Source: the human T2T-CHM13v2.0 reference genome, Homo sapiens. Taken from it: a DNA stretch of 64,000 bases. The stretch is from assembly GCF_009914755.1 (NCBI RefSeq), contig NC_060929.1; one strand, given 5' to 3'. The translations under genes were made by a program, and so were the position numbers. Under the pieces are notes generated by a model that saw only the letters and a program-made list of their open reading frames with translations, did not search any database and was not told the origin of the DNA. This document shows positions 1 to 13,872 of the stretch, one piece after another. Every line of letters begins with the position of its first letter. The stretch's first letter is position 1.

Positions 1-349
1 TTACCCGTCAGGCAAAAAGAAAAACAAGTCAAAACATAACCAGCAACTCTTTAAACAAAATTAAGCATTTAACCAGGCAAGTTTTATCAAGTTTTGTCCT
101 GCTTCTGTGGATTCTGGAAGGAGTCTGTTTCCCAGTAGTACTTGAGAAGAGAAACCTGGCACAGGTTTTGCTGGCCAGTGCTCAGAGGCTGGTGATAACT
201 TTTAGAAACTGGTTTCAGTATCTTGATAACTCTGTTGCCTGTTTTAACATTTTTCAGGTTAATGTGTTTTGAGATTTTTAAATTTTATTTTATAGATACT
301 CCCTTTCCATTACCTCACATACCTTTATCTATTTCCTGCCTGAAAAAGA

Positions 350-910
350 GATTTGACTCTGATGCGCCCAAGTGTGGTTTTCCTTGAATTTATCCTGCCT
401 AGGATTTGCTGAGCCTCTAGGGTATGTGGATTAATGATTTTCATCAAATTTGGGGATGTCCTTGGACATTATCTACTTAAATACATCTTTAAACCACTTT
501 CTTTTCTCTCCTGGGACCCCATTTATATCTATATTAGGAAGTTTAATATTGTCCCACAGATCTTAGGCGTTCTTTATATTTTTGTTTTGTTTTTGCTTTT
601 TTTTCTTGGCAATTCATTTGGGATAATTTCTATTATTTTGACTTAACTGTACTGATCATTTATTTTGCTTTACTCTGCCAGTTAGTAAGCCCATTTCATT
701 GTTAGTAAGCCCATTTCATTCTAATATATTCTTCAGGCTAGATTTTTCTTTTTTGTTTTTATAATACAATCTCTCTGCTAAAAATTCCCACATCTTCTTT
801 ATGTTGCCATACATTTGCCACTGTATCCTTTAGCATACTTTTTAGTCTGTCTGATAACACCAGCATCTTGACTACCTCTGTATCTGTGTGTCTTCTCTTG
901 GCCATGGGTC
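350..910 (-). mobile_element. Old L1 (L1M-type) fragment, antisense
   Basis: Motifs 'tttcatcaaatttgggga...cattat' and 'tctcctgggacccc' resemble antisense L1M ORF1-region sequence. Confidence 0.6.
681..720. repeat. Perfect 20-bp tandem duplication
   Basis: gttagtaagcccatttcatt x2 (681-700, 701-720). Confidence 0.95.
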
Positions 911-1560
911 ATAACAATATCCAAACCTAGCTCAAGCAGGGAGCAGAATGACTCAGCACCCTACTACAGTGTATGACGCAGAAGAGGCATACCTTTTTCT
1001 GAAGCTAAGTAGTATTTATCTCAGCATCAGTTTCTACCGAGATTTAAAATGTTTAGCACCTACTTGAAAAATTACCAATACAAGAAGAAGCAAAAACTCC
1101 TATTTCTGAGATTTCCTTTACCACTTAGGAGGTAGACTATGACCAGGGACCATTGCTCTCACTCCTACAGTCAAAATAACCTGGGTAAGTAATAAAAATC
1201 ATAGTTTAAAAAATCATAAAATATGCTAAGGACATAAATAAACCTTGAAAATGTAAATTCCAGAAATGGGCAAACTCTTCAAAGGAAAGAAGAGGCCCAT
1301 GGTTTCTCTCACCCCTGGTGGATTGGCAGGAGGAGGAGGAATCTGCTATGGATGGGGTAAGAAGGAATCAGCCAAACTGAAAACGTACTTTTCACTTCTA
1401 GCTTTTCTTTCTGTCTTCACTCATATTGTGAGCAGTGGTCTCTTGTGATTATTTACGTCCTATGTGGAAGTCTCAGAAATAGGAAATTTGTTCAAGGAGA
1501 CTAGGAAATTTGCCAATAGGGAAAAGAGAACAAAGATAAGCCTTGGCCATTGATAAATAG

Positions 1561-1886
<326 letters not shown>

Positions 1887-4059
1887 TTTTATAAACACAT
1901 GGACATGGTAACACTCCTTATTTTCTGGGTTTATCTTTCATGTGAACTGCAGGCCTACCTATGGTATGGTAGTCATGTATTTTTATTCCTTGTGTTTATT
2001 TCTTTAGCGATTTGATCACTGTAGTACACAAGGGATTTGTTTCTGTAGCTCTTGCTTTTAGTCTTTTTTTTGGATGCGTTGCTGCAATCTTGCAAGTGTA
2101 CAAAGGGACACTTTATTGAATTACATCGTAAGCCACCTGCCTCTTTCATCGTAGCACAATTCAAGACTGAAATTCTAAGTTACTAAGTACAATAGCTGGT
2201 ATATGGTGTGGCAATAACTTAGTCTCCATTTTTCTTGTGGTCATTCTATGATTGCACTAAAATTAGGGCTTATTTAAACCTCCATTTCTCAAAGTGTATT
2301 CTTTCAGAAGCACATCCTATGTTTTCCCAAAAAGTGTTTCATATTAAATTTGGGTAGCACCAGAGATTATGTTACTTGCTCTTAGAAAATAAAATGCTAA
2401 TGATTGTAAAAAGTCTTGGGGAAATCTTAAAATAAGTAAATCCTTTAAGCTATTTTTAATTAGGTGTTTCTCAAACTTATTGGATCCAGAACCTTTTAGC
2501 AAAGGAACCTTAAGTTTTTCTTGTCAAATAAAGCCATTCACAAAGTGCACAACACTCTTTGGGGAAATGTTGAGTTAAATGGACTCTGTAGCTCTATATT
2601 TTGGGGAGTATGAATAATTCATATTGGACTGTCATTCTGTACACCTGGAAAACATCTTCTCCACTGTTTCCTGAGAAGGACCCGGGAAGCTTGCATTTGG
2701 AGGAAGGAAAAGCTCTAACCCAGAAGCCTGTTTGATTACCGCGTTATTGCTTAGATCTCCTCATTGTAAGTGTTAATGTTGTAATACTCTGCTACTGTAG
2801 GGGTATCCTGGTCTCAGCTGCCTGACTTGTCCAAGGACTGTCCTAGTTTGTTAGTCCAGGAAAATAAGCTAGGTCAGCTATCATATCCCCTCAAATGAAA
2901 AAAGACGGCTAGCCGCCTAGACTGCAATTGCAAGGAAAGGTCAATCAATATATTACCTTTCTTTCCATGTGTTCCTTGGCCGCCGGCAGAGTTGTGCCTT
3001 CTCACTAGTGGTAATCTCTTCTGCTAAATTTTATTTTAACCTTGCAAATAGGTGAAAGGAAGGGCACAGTTAATAACGTCTTCCCCCATATACCTCTGGG
3101 CATATCATTTGGGCTGAATCTTGCCCCTCCTTCCCCTAGCAGTAAGCCCTGCACAGTCCTGCTTCGACGGAGTGTTATGCAAGTAGCTGGTTTTATTTAC
3201 TGTGGGAATTTCTCCTAGAGCTCTGTCATGCTCTTGCACAGACAGAATGCAAACATTTTTGTGATTTTTGACAGTAGCTGGGATCTATGTGGAATAGGGG
3301 GTTTTCAAAACGTTTCTCAGTCAATATGTTTACTCTACTTCACCAGCCATGCAGTGTGATATGGTGCATCACCAATACTTGAAATAGACTGCAACAGGAG
3401 GTCAGAATGGGGCATAGATTTTCTCACACAGCATGTTAGATGAAATGATTTTGTGTACTTTGAAGTGGAAAATTCAATCAGAATTTTCCACACTTTTTAG
3501 TTAAAGCAACACTTATTCATTGATGAAAGGTAGACTGAGAAAAATACAAAATGCAGAGTCTAGCATATTGTTCCTGGTCATAGCAAGAAATACTTTTTCT
3601 CCTGTAATGTAATGAAAGCTATGCAAGATAAAAAGGGTCTGCTTAAAATATACAGCTATGGGATGCTAAGAACATATGCCAATATGTTTAGCATGTGGGT
3701 GGATAAAAATGGAATCCAGCTTTGTAAGAAGTTTGTTTTTCATTAAGAAATGGACTTCATGCTTGATAAATGGCAATTCCAATTGCCCAGGTAATCCATT
3801 TTGGCTTAGTTTTAAAGTAGCAGAGTTCATTTAAAAGCACCTGAGAGTATCAATAATAAATTTAAGAATAGATTCTCTAAGTTTTCATTGAAGTAGGCTT
3901 AGATAATATTTAAATTTATTACTAGTTTTCATCTGTCCTTTGGTGCGCTGAAGATACATCAGCATAACTACCTATTACGTAGATGAGTAATTTATACTTC
4001 CAAATTGCAAAACCTTAGGGTTGCAGTGTCAGATTTGTGCATGAATATTTAAGATAGAA

Positions 4060-4291
4060 TAATAATCTAGTATTAGAGTGCTCAGTGTGTGCCAGTTACT
4101 TTTCTAGATGCTTTACATGTATTATTTCATTTAGTCCTCACAACAACTCTGACTTCTCAAATCTACAATATCCAGCGATGCAAGAAAGCCACAGAGAGGG
4201 TAGGTAGTTTACCCAAGGCCGTATGGAAAGTCGAGGCTGGCACTCACTTTGGCATGCAGACTCCCAAACCAGACTTCTGAGCCACTCTGCC
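4060..4291 (-). mobile_element. MIR SINE
   Basis: 'gctttacatgtattatttcatttagtcctcacaacaactct...agtttacccaagg' matches the antisense MIR core. Confidence 0.8.
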
Positions 4292-5576
4292 AGGCCATGT
4301 ACCTGAAGCTCTGCCACCTCAACATTTTCATCCTGATGGTCCTAAGTAGGGGTGAGTAGGCCACTTAATTCAATTAGCGTATAGGACTTTTGTTTTTAGA
4401 TTCTTTCTTTAAAAGAGGCACAATTCTTCAAGAGTTTGTTTTACTTTAGCTACTGTTATTTTTTTCTGGTTGATACACAATTCAACTCAGTGTAATTCAG
4501 TTTTCTTTTTCAAACTAGCATTTAAAGTGACAGAACCATTTAAAAGTATTAGTGCAAATTCATCAACTTGTCCAAATAGTGTAACTTCAAATGATAGGCT
4601 GACTAAAACTTTGTGTTGTTCAAAGTTCCTTTGTTCTAACGTCGATTCTCCCCACCCCGTTTGTTAAAACTATTTTATATCATCAGTTTTTGTTGTTGCT
4701 GTGTGTGTGTGTTTAAACTTTTATTCTGAAGAAAGTGAGTCCAGAATCAACTATCAGTTTGATGTATCCAAGGCAGTCCAGTGTAATTCTGTGTAAAAAC
4801 ACATACTTTCTGTGTAATTCGTTAAGCATGCCAATCCAATATGATCTAGTATGCTTTTTATTTTTCAAAAGAAGAACTTGGTTAGTGTAATAGAAACTAA
4901 AGTGAAAACCACCTAAATTCATCCATACGTTGCAGATGGCTGCATTCACATGTATTTAGGGTAGGGTCTTCTTGCTTGGAAATGACTTGATTTTTTTGGT
5001 TAACAAAAATAAGAGGCCACCTTATGAACATTTTCTTAAGACTTAAAAATAAGTGTCCACTCAGTTGTATAGTCTTTCTGATCCCAAAAAACCACAGGGG
5101 ATCATTTTGACTTTGAGGGAAGGATTCTGTCTTTGTAGTGAGAACAAAATTTAGTCTTTAGGAAGAAGCAATTAAAACCCCAGAGCCTTTTATTGCTTTT
5201 GATGCTTTTTTTAAAAACAAAAACAAAAACGAAACAAAACAAAAATCTCACTGCACTGAAATATTTTGTGCTAATTAACTGTCACAAATGTGATGCCATT
5301 AAGCTTGGACTCTCTTTGGTTAACTTCAAAGTCACTAACACACACTGTGCAGCCCTCCCAAATATATTTTAAAAAAGGGAAACAACTTGACAGATCTGTA
5401 ATCAATGTTTTCAAGGCTTTTGTTTCTCATAGAACCTAAACCTGATTTAAGAACATTTGTTCATTTTCTTTGGATAACATTCACCAGCCTTTATGATGCC
5501 AGAGTTGTGTTGATGTCTGGTGTGTATTTGGATACACTGTTCCAAAGCTAATTTGCAAAGTTTATTTAGTACTAGC

Positions 5577-5760
5577 ATTAGCTAGGAATGTACTTAGCTG
5601 CAGGTAACAGAAAACCCAACTAATAGTAGGTTAAATAAATAGAGATTTATCTTTCTCATATAAAAATATTTGTTGGTAGAATGTCCAGGGCTGGCGCCAT
5701 ATGGAAACAGCATCATCAAGGGCCCTGGCTACTTTTGTCTTTGCTTGTCTGTTTTTAATA
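5577..5760 (-). mobile_element. MLT1 (ERVL-MaLR) LTR fragment
   Basis: 'agctgcaggtaacagaaaacccaactaatagtaggttaaataaa' is typical of old MLT1J/K-like LTRs. Confidence 0.55.
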
Positions 5761-5768
5761 TGAGGACC

Positions 5769-5900
5769 CTGACCTTGGGCAAATCGTGACATAACTTTCC
5801 TAATACTCAATTTCCCCATCTGAAAAAATACTGAACATTCTTCCTATAGTTGCAGGATAGTGGTAAGGCTTACATGAAATCCTGTGTGAGAAAATGTCCC
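5769..5900 (+). mobile_element. MIR fragment
   Basis: 'gaccttgggcaa...ctcaatttccccatctgaaaaa' is the MIR core. Confidence 0.6.
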
Positions 5901-6087
5901 TTTCAAGAATAAAGTTGATTTTTAACACTGCAATGGCAGCCACAGCTGTACTAGTTTTCACAGTGGTGATGGGTAGGGGAGGGTGTGAAATAGGAAGCAG
6001 AGAATCTTACCTTAACCCATGGTCTTCATTCTCGAAGTTCTCAATTCCTGCATACTTCCAGATGATGTTATTTAAAATAGTACATTG

Positions 6088-6223
6088 GGCTGGGCGCGGT
6101 GGCTCACGCCTGTAATCCCAGCACTTTGGGAGGCCGAGGCGGGCAGATCACAAGGTCAGGAGATCGAGACCATCCTGGCTAACATGGTGAAACCCCGTCT
6201 CTACTAAAAAAAAAAATAAAAAT
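6088..6223 (+). mobile_element. AluY left monomer only, with TSD
   Basis: AluY-type 'ggagatcgagaccatcctggctaac'; ends at the A-rich linker; AAAATAGTACATTG at 6074-6087 and 6224-6237. Confidence 0.92.
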
Positions 6224-7884
6224 AAAATAGTACATTGGAGAAAATACTTTAAAAAAACTGTACCCTGTAACAAATAGAATCTTTACTTATTAAGTGATAT
6301 ATATCTTCTATAAGCTAATTGTTTATTCTGTGACCTCTTTACAATAAATTTCGGTACCATTAGAGGCTTAAGTTTACATTATTGATTATTTGAATATGTG
6401 TGTCATTAATCTTCCATCGTGCTCATACATTTTATATGTATATTTTAAGTGTTGTTTTTGCATTTAGATGGAGAGGAATGGCCAGAAGAAAGTAGACTTG
6501 TGGGTATTAGCTTCATATAGCAGTTCAAGAGGTCCCTTGAGCTGATTTGCCAGTAAATTTCTACACTAAAATAGGCTTTCAGAATAGGGACTGCTAGATA
6601 AACCACAAGGTGTCTGTAGTAAATAAAAATGATTAATCTCAGCAGAGTAAATTCAGTATCACTTTTCAAATAGTCTCATCCAATTCTGTCTCCTGGTTCT
6701 ATAAAAAGCCTTTTTCTTTTGGTATTAAGGTTGTCTGTAATTTTAATAGAACACTTGAATTATTATCTGATTTTAAAAAATTGGTTCATAAAAGAATATT
6801 GATTCTTCAAATTAGGGGCAGTTGAAATGTACATTTATTAGCAAACTCGTCCCCTGATGGGTCCTGGAAAGCCCTGTCAAGAAAACTCATCTTAAATCTA
6901 TGTGAGAGACACAATTCTTAATGATTGGCTGTGGATTGGACAGTGAGGTTGGTGTGGAAATGCAAGTGAACTGAAAAGTGAAAGTAGAAATCTGTTAAGC
7001 AGGGTTCTTTCTAGTTGCTGAGTTTTTATTCCACATCATTGATATTCACTTCTTTCCCAGGGCATTTTCCTGGATAATGAGAAGACTCTAAAATCAAATA
7101 AAGCTTTTGAACATTGAAGATGTTTGCCACTGTTCTGTTGAAGAATCCTATAGATTTATAGTGATTCTAAAAGGTGTCTTATATCCACTATATTAACTAG
7201 CTTTTTAGAAGCTTATGAACATTGTAGCTTTTATTGATTCTAGGGAATTGGACCCAACAATAAGCAATAAAAGTCGATGGTAACTTTCTTCCCATATAGG
7301 GTTGTGCAGATCAATACTTCGAATTTACTGTAATTTGCTGGTAATGGATGGAAGAACTGAAAAAATTGTGGAGCCTTGTGGGGCACAGCTGTGCGGTGTT
7401 GCCTTTTTATCTAAGCTCACTGTAGGTCACAGGCTTTCCCAAGTAACAAGAAACATAGTTAAGTGGCAGGGCTGATACGCATATTTATCAAGAGCCTTCA
7501 TAAATCATTCTAGGAAAAAAAGGAAATCACAAAAGTTGTCCACAATGACTTTAATTTTATAGAGATCCTGAAGGATCTCTAAATTTGCACTATCCTAAAG
7601 GCAATTAAAATTCTAAATATGTAGCTAGCATTGGTGTTTGATCTCCTTCTGCTAAAGTAATTTTCTTACTGATTAATAGCAGGGTGTGTGATTTCACTGA
7701 AGTCTAATTTGCTTCGAATTTTCAAATGTATTCACAGCCCTTTGCCCAGGTTCAGTATTTAGAGGTGGAGAAGATGTGTGGGTCACATACCCTTGCTCTT
7801 TTATTGAGTCGGTGCTGTCTCTTTACCGTAGCTCTGTAGTTGTGCCCTAGATTCCTTCTTCTAATTCAAGCAGTGCACTTAAAT

Positions 7885-8115
7885 AGTCATAGCTAACACG
7901 AAGGGTGCTCTTAGGTTTGGGAGCTGTGCCACATGCAGGACATGTGTTAGCATTAATCTTCTCAACACCCCATAAGATAAGCTGTATTATTTTCATTTTG
8001 TAATTTTGGAAATTGAATCTTAGGGAAGTTAAAGTTTATGAAGGATGCTTCCTGGCATTGGCTTGGATTAGAATATGGGTATGTCTGAATCCTGATCCTA
8101 TTTGTTTAATCACTA
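7885..8115 (-). mobile_element. MIR
   Basis: 'ttaatcttctcaacaccccataagataag...cattttgtaattttggaaattgaatcttagggaagttaa'. Confidence 0.6.
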
Positions 8116-8918
8116 TGAAACATACAATTGACTTAAATAAGGATTGTTTTAAGCTATGAGTTCAATTGATCTAATATGAGTTTTATATTTTAGCTTCTTT
8201 TTTTTATGAAGGACTGTGCCTTCTCTAATTTGATCAAAACTAGTTTCTTTAATTTTAAAAACGACGCAGAAACTTTTGCTTGAAAGAGAGAGTTCTTTTG
8301 TTCTTTGAGAACAAAGTGAGCACACAAAGTACAATATGACTGTGGGCTGGAAGCTATTAACCTTGATATAATAAATGCACTTCAGTTAGTATATAATAAA
8401 CAATAAACTAGAGCTGTTATTCATGTAACTGTTGGCTACTACTCAGCAAAACCCTGCAGAGAAGCATGTAAACTTTGACTTAGGAGACATATTCCTCCTA
8501 GGTCATACTGACTTGAAAGACAATATGTGTACAAATGTCTGATTCTCAAGCTCGATTTTGACATCAAGGGTATAATGTGTTAGGAAGCATCAAAACCCAT
8601 AATAATTGACTAGAAAGGAAGCTTGTTTCATTTGTCCGTTTACTTGAGGTTAGCTGATTATTTGACTTGTTACGCTTCTTCTGCTTTAAAAGGTCTGTGT
8701 TAAAAGTAACATATTCACAGGGCTTTGGTTCACATAAAATCAGAGTCTCTAAAAAGTGTGAAATTTGCTTAGAAAGAGTTGCCAAGATCTGTGTTGTGTC
8801 TCTCCTAAGAGTAATTGACAGTGTGTTACCAACTATGAATGCAGCCTGATAGCCTACAGGAGGGGTCTGTGGTGCAAAAGTATCAAGTCATTACTTGGTG
8901 ATGAAAAATAATTAACAT

Positions 8919-9100
8919 ACTCTGGACTTGGGCAGATGTGGATTCAAAGACAAGCTAAGCCTTCTACCAGCTCTATGACCTTGTGTGAGTTACTTAGCCT
9001 GTGTGTGCCTCAGTTCTCTCATCTCTAAAATGAGAATAATAGTGAAGTTTAAATAAGATAATGTATGTCACTGTGCAGTAAATGTGAGATGCCATTATTA
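8919..9100 (+). mobile_element. MIR
   Basis: 'agctctatgaccttgtgtgagttacttagcctgtgtgtgcctcagttctctcatctctaaaatgag'. Confidence 0.8.
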
Positions 9101-9519
9101 AGGTAGTGAAGGTAGATGAGCTTAGTAAAGAAAGACAGTTCCCACTATTTGTGTAAAAAATTTAAAGTGGAAAAGGTGGTTGTCATGAATGATGTTTAAC
9201 TTTTCATCTAAGCAAAATCTGGGATTTTATTTTACAGTTTGTCTCATATTCCTGCTCATCAGGGACTCGCTGGTGTAACTTAAATCGTTTGCCATCTTTT
9301 CATCCACTTTCAGATTTGCATTTTGCTTAACTTCCGAAAGGCCCTCAGTGCTTTTAGACAGTCTTTTCTCCTCATCTCTGGATGGTACCCTGTCCTGAGC
9401 TCCACCACAACTATTCTAAATCAGCCCAGGAGTTAAGCATTTCCTCTCAACTCCTGTGGATCCTGTACACACATTTCTCTCCTGACTCTGCCCCTCCTCC
9501 TCCTCCTCACTGCCTCTTC

Positions 9520-10625
9520 CTTGTTCCTGGCCCTCAGCCATGCTTCCTGGATAATTAAAGAAGTGTCCTAACTTCTCTCCCATGTTGCCCTCCCAGAGCC
9601 ATGTGACACCCTAATGCCAGAGTAATCTTTTTTAACATGTTGATTAGGCCATCTTATTCCCCTCTTTAAAATGTTCCATGAGCTCACCATTCCCTATAAG
9701 ATAAAGGCAGCCACTTCCAAAACCCTTCTATGATGTGGCCCTGTCCCTGCCTCCATACTCCTGTCCTGCTGATTTTTCCTTCCTGATCTCTGTTCCAGCC
9801 ATGTTGTTTCCTGAGTGTGTTCTGTTTCACTCCACCCTACCTGACTACGTCTGTTCTCTCTTCTGGAATTCCCCTTTCTCACCTACTCCCAAGGCTGCCT
9901 GGCTAATTCCCAGACATTGCAAAAGAAAGACCAGGCTCAAGTGTTGTGTCACTTAGGAATTTTTGAATTGCAAAGACTAGAAAACACAAGTTAAACTGGT
10001 TTAAACAATAAAGAGACTCGATTGGCTCATGTACCAGAGAAGTCCAAATACACGCAAGGGTAGATGTATTGTTTCAGAGATTTCACCCAAGACCCAGGTT
10101 CTACCAGGCTTTCTTGTCTGCTACCTGTGACACCTATTCTTGTGGCTGCCATTAGTTTTGTAGGTTTAATGCTACTTCTTTCTCGTTAGCTCTCTCGGAC
10201 AAGGGAGGAAGTTCTTTCCCAGAAGCCCTGAGCAAACATCATTTTGCATCTTATGCATCATTATGCATCATTTTGCATTTGCTCAGGTTGAGTCACATGT
10301 CATCTTTAAACCAATTACTTTGATGAAAGCAGTGAGTTTTGTCATTAGTTTAATTGGAGCTTATCCTTGAGATTGAAGGTAGTATCAGTTCCACTGTATT
10401 TTGTTAGCATGAATAACAAGAAACATTGGGGAAGAAACAGTCCTGACCCTCCTCAGAGAAACTGACCACCCTCCTCCCTTTTGTATTACTGCATACTTTG
10501 AAAAGACCTCTATTCCAGGCCTTTTCACACTGTATTTTACAGTGAGTAAAGTCCTTTCTCCCCAGTGTCTGGCACAGCACCAGCCATATCCACCTTTACT
10601 AAAAAGTGTGTGATTGAATAAAGGA
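9520..10625 (+). mobile_element. L2 3' region interrupted by an MLT1-like LTR (~9950-10400)
   Basis: L2 motifs 'gccagagtaatcttttt' and 'ccccagtgtctggcacag...gattgaataaa'; the insert carries 'ttgcaaagactagaaaac...attggctcatgta' and 'gtcacatgtc'. Confidence 0.6.
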
Positions 10626-11335
10626 AACCCATTTTGTTGGCTTTAATCCCCACATGTGCCCTTGCCTTTGCCCTTGGTAGAAGACTTTTGCCTTCTGTAT
10701 TACTGAAATTACAGAACTTCAAGTGAATTGCTTCAGTTTTACTTTGCTTATCTTTGAAAAGTGCCTGTTTTCACCTGTTCCTTTCTTCCTCGTTAGGGGA
10801 AAGAGTGCCCTCTTTATTATCAGTACCAGCCCTCCCTGCTCGTGTATTTATTCAAACCTCTCCTTTCAGTTGCTCACATCACCACTGTCTCCCACTCTCT
10901 GACATTGCCGTGGTGGAGTATAGGGGAAAAAATTGGAACTGGATGACATAGGTTCATTTGATTCCACTATCTCATGGCTTTGCAACTCTGGTCAATTGCT
11001 GATCTCCTCTGGGCTTTCCATGGGAAGACTTGTGTGTCCTGTCCAGGCAGCCAGCTGATTTTGTGATGAAGCTTATAGACGCAGTTTATGATAAAATCTT
11101 AATAAACCACACTAGACAGTCATATCATGACTCGGAGACTTTGTCTGTATAAAGGGCTTATGAGAACTGATACCACAGTCTTGTTCATTTAGCTTTATGG
11201 CAGAAAAAGCCAACTTGGAAAGAAAGGAATAAGGTAGCTAATTTCTTTATTTTTCAAAGAAAGTGAGTGTTGTGGTTTTGATCAAATAAAATTTACATAT
11301 AAACCCAGCAAGCATTTTGTTTTAGCCTTTTGTGG

Positions 11336-11690
11336 TTTATTTTGTTTTTGTTTTGTTTTGTTTTGTTTTTGATGTTGTTTTTTTAAGACAGAGTCTTGCT
11401 CTTTAGCCCAGGCTGGAGTGCTGTGGTGCCATCTTGGCTCACTGCAACCTCCGCCTTCTGGGTTCAAGCGATTCTCCTGCCTCAGCCTCCTGAGTAGCTG
11501 GGACCACAGGCACGTGCCACCACGCCCAGCTAATTTTTTTTTTTTTGTGTGTGTGTGTGTCTTTTTTTTGGTAGAGACGGGTTTCACCGTTTTGGCCAGG
11601 CTGGTCTCGAACTCCTGACCTCAAGTGATCCACACGTCTCGGCCTCCCAAAATCCTGAGAGATTATAGGCATGAGCCACTGTGCCTGGCT
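11336..11690 (-). mobile_element. AluS (Sx/Sz-like) with (GTTTT)n tail and a (TG)n linker
   Basis: Both monomers present; 'ctcgaactcctgacctcaagtgatcc'. Confidence 0.95.
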
Positions 11691-12399
11691 GGTTTATTTT
11701 GCTTAACTTGACTAGCACAAATAAATATATGAAAGTGCATTATGATTATAGATACAAAAAGAAAATTAAATAAAATCTGTAAAAAGAGAAAGATAATTTA
11801 GGATTCTCCATCCATCTCACATTTCCCACAAGGATTTTACTGTTATTTTACAGGCTGTGTGGTTTGACTGTTCAGGCATTTCTATAGGGATCTCCCTACT
11901 GGTTTTCCAGCTTGACTACTGTCTTCATTTAGGAAAGCATGTATTTATGAGCAACTTACTGGATTTTTCAATTGTTGTTAGAATGTAGACCATTTTTGCC
12001 TTCTGATGATTTACAGCCAAGCCCTGTGTAAGATCTGGTTCTATGGTATGAACTTTTTTGTCCTCTGCTTCTGCCTTTACAAGTGACTCTCAGAAATGCA
12101 GACCAGAAAAATGGCACCCAAAGCATTTCTTTAGGAGATCCTATCCCTGGATGAGCCTGTACACCCAGCTAATTTTAAGCTTTGTCAAGTAGTGAGAACT
12201 CCATTTTGAGTACCTTTCCTTGCCTCACACTGCTTCCCACTTGCAAAGGAAATAACTAAAAACCTGAAACTTTACCTCTGTAATGACAGCCTAGAAAATT
12301 AATATTCCCTAAAGAGAAAAACAATCCAAAGGCAAATGGTTTATGCAAACCAATAGTCCTTAGGGGGACTTAAAAGTACCAACCTCTAATAAACAACAT

Positions 12400-12508
12400 A
12401 CGCAAACCACTTTCTCTCTAGATCTCTAGGGGTGGGGCTCAGGCGTTAGTATTTTTAAAAACTCCCTGGGTGACATTAATGTGTTGCCAGGCTTCAGAAT
12501 CACTGCTT
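12400..12508. mobile_element. MER5-type hAT-Charlie fragment
   Basis: 'ggggtggggctcagg...atttttaaaaactccctgggtgac...agaatcactg'. Confidence 0.6.
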
Positions 12509-12879
12509 GAGCTGAATTATCTCATTCCTTTTTATTTTCTCTCCTCTGTTAGCATTTACACATTCAAGTAATACTGCATAATCTTGCACCTGGTGATAAC
12601 TCTTTTGTTTTATATGTGTGTATGTATGTTGCCCCAGCTAGCTTTTAAATGTGTTTTGTTTTTCCTCATGTATCCCTAAAAGCACCTGATATACTGCCTT
12701 ACACATCTTGGCTTCTTTGAACTCTTTTCCTAAATTAATTGTTAGTGCAGAGTACTTGCAGTAACTCAGTCATAGGATGAGGCCACCAATGACTAATGAA
12801 AGAAAGATGATGATGGGGAAGTGCATGAACTTGAAATTCATTGGTGTCAGGAAAATGGTGAGGGAATGGTGTGTACTGG

Positions 12880-13385
12880 ACATTGCCACTCTGTTTCTAT
12901 GTGGGGTTTGGGAGTGGTGGTGCAGAAGGCAAGTTGCTCAACTTCCAAATTCCCTTTGTTTTTTGGAGGAACTCCCAAAGTGTGGATCTTGGTAGACTTG
13001 GCCCTACCTCCCACTATACTAGTGAGGGAGCCAATATTCCTTTTTCCTGCCCACTTGGAAGCTGGGGCAGAGACCCAGGTGTGATCATGTAACCCTCACA
13101 GGACACCTGTGAGGAGAGATGAAGTGAAGGTATGTGGCGGCAGTTAGAGATTCTTCCTGGAGGCTGAGCTCCCACTCAGTGTTCAGCTGCAGAGGTGTCC
13201 TAACTGGGCTGTTCCCTGGGTGTGGTCATACTTTCTGGGTTTGATTTTTTGGTTCCTGCCCACTTTCTGACGTCGTCTGCCCAACCATCCTATTGCCTTC
13301 AGGGGTGCGAGTAGCCATCCATACATTGATTGTTTACTTGTCAGTCTCATTCAATTTCTGTTGCTTTCAAGAACCCCAGCTGCTG
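12880..13385 (+). mobile_element. ERVL LTR (LTR33/LTR16-like)
   Basis: 'ttcctgcccactttctga...atttctgttgctttcaagaacc' 3' end motif. Confidence 0.45.
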
Positions 13386-13449
13386 GGTATAGCAACAGGT
13401 CAATTAAAAGTGTATAGCACAATCCTCCCTTCTTCTTTATTTTAAATGG

Positions 13450-13872
13450 TGAAGTCCCTGTGGCTTTGTAACCAGGTGTATCTGTTTTCCTTTTTCTATC
13501 ACTTATCTCCTGTAAAGTCCCATGGCTTTACATACCATCTTAGTGTTAATGACTCCAAAATCTACTTCCAGCCTTAACCTTTTTCTTGCACCCAGATTCG
13601 TTTGTCTAGTTGCCTGTTTGGAATCTTCTACTTGGAATTCTTACAGACAGACATCTTGAATGTAGCATGTCAAAAGCTGAACTGTTTTTCCATCAAACTC
13701 CATTTGCTCAGGCCAAAAACTTATGACTCCTTGCTTTCTCTTTCACGCTCCACATCCAGTTTCTGTGTAAATCTTATGAAAACATACCTGAAATCTGACT
13801 ACTCCTTACCATCTTCATTGCTGGTCCTAGCTAGAATCTCTCTCACCTACAGTATTTCTATAGCTTCCTAAA
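13450..13872 (+). mobile_element. L2 fragment
   Basis: 'ccatggctttacataccatc...atgactccaaaatctacttccagcc...atgtcaaaagctgaact'. Confidence 0.7.

Noticed and set aside
2975-2995. CTCF site at tggccgccggcagag
   Set aside because: Lacks the AGRKGGC core; match too weak
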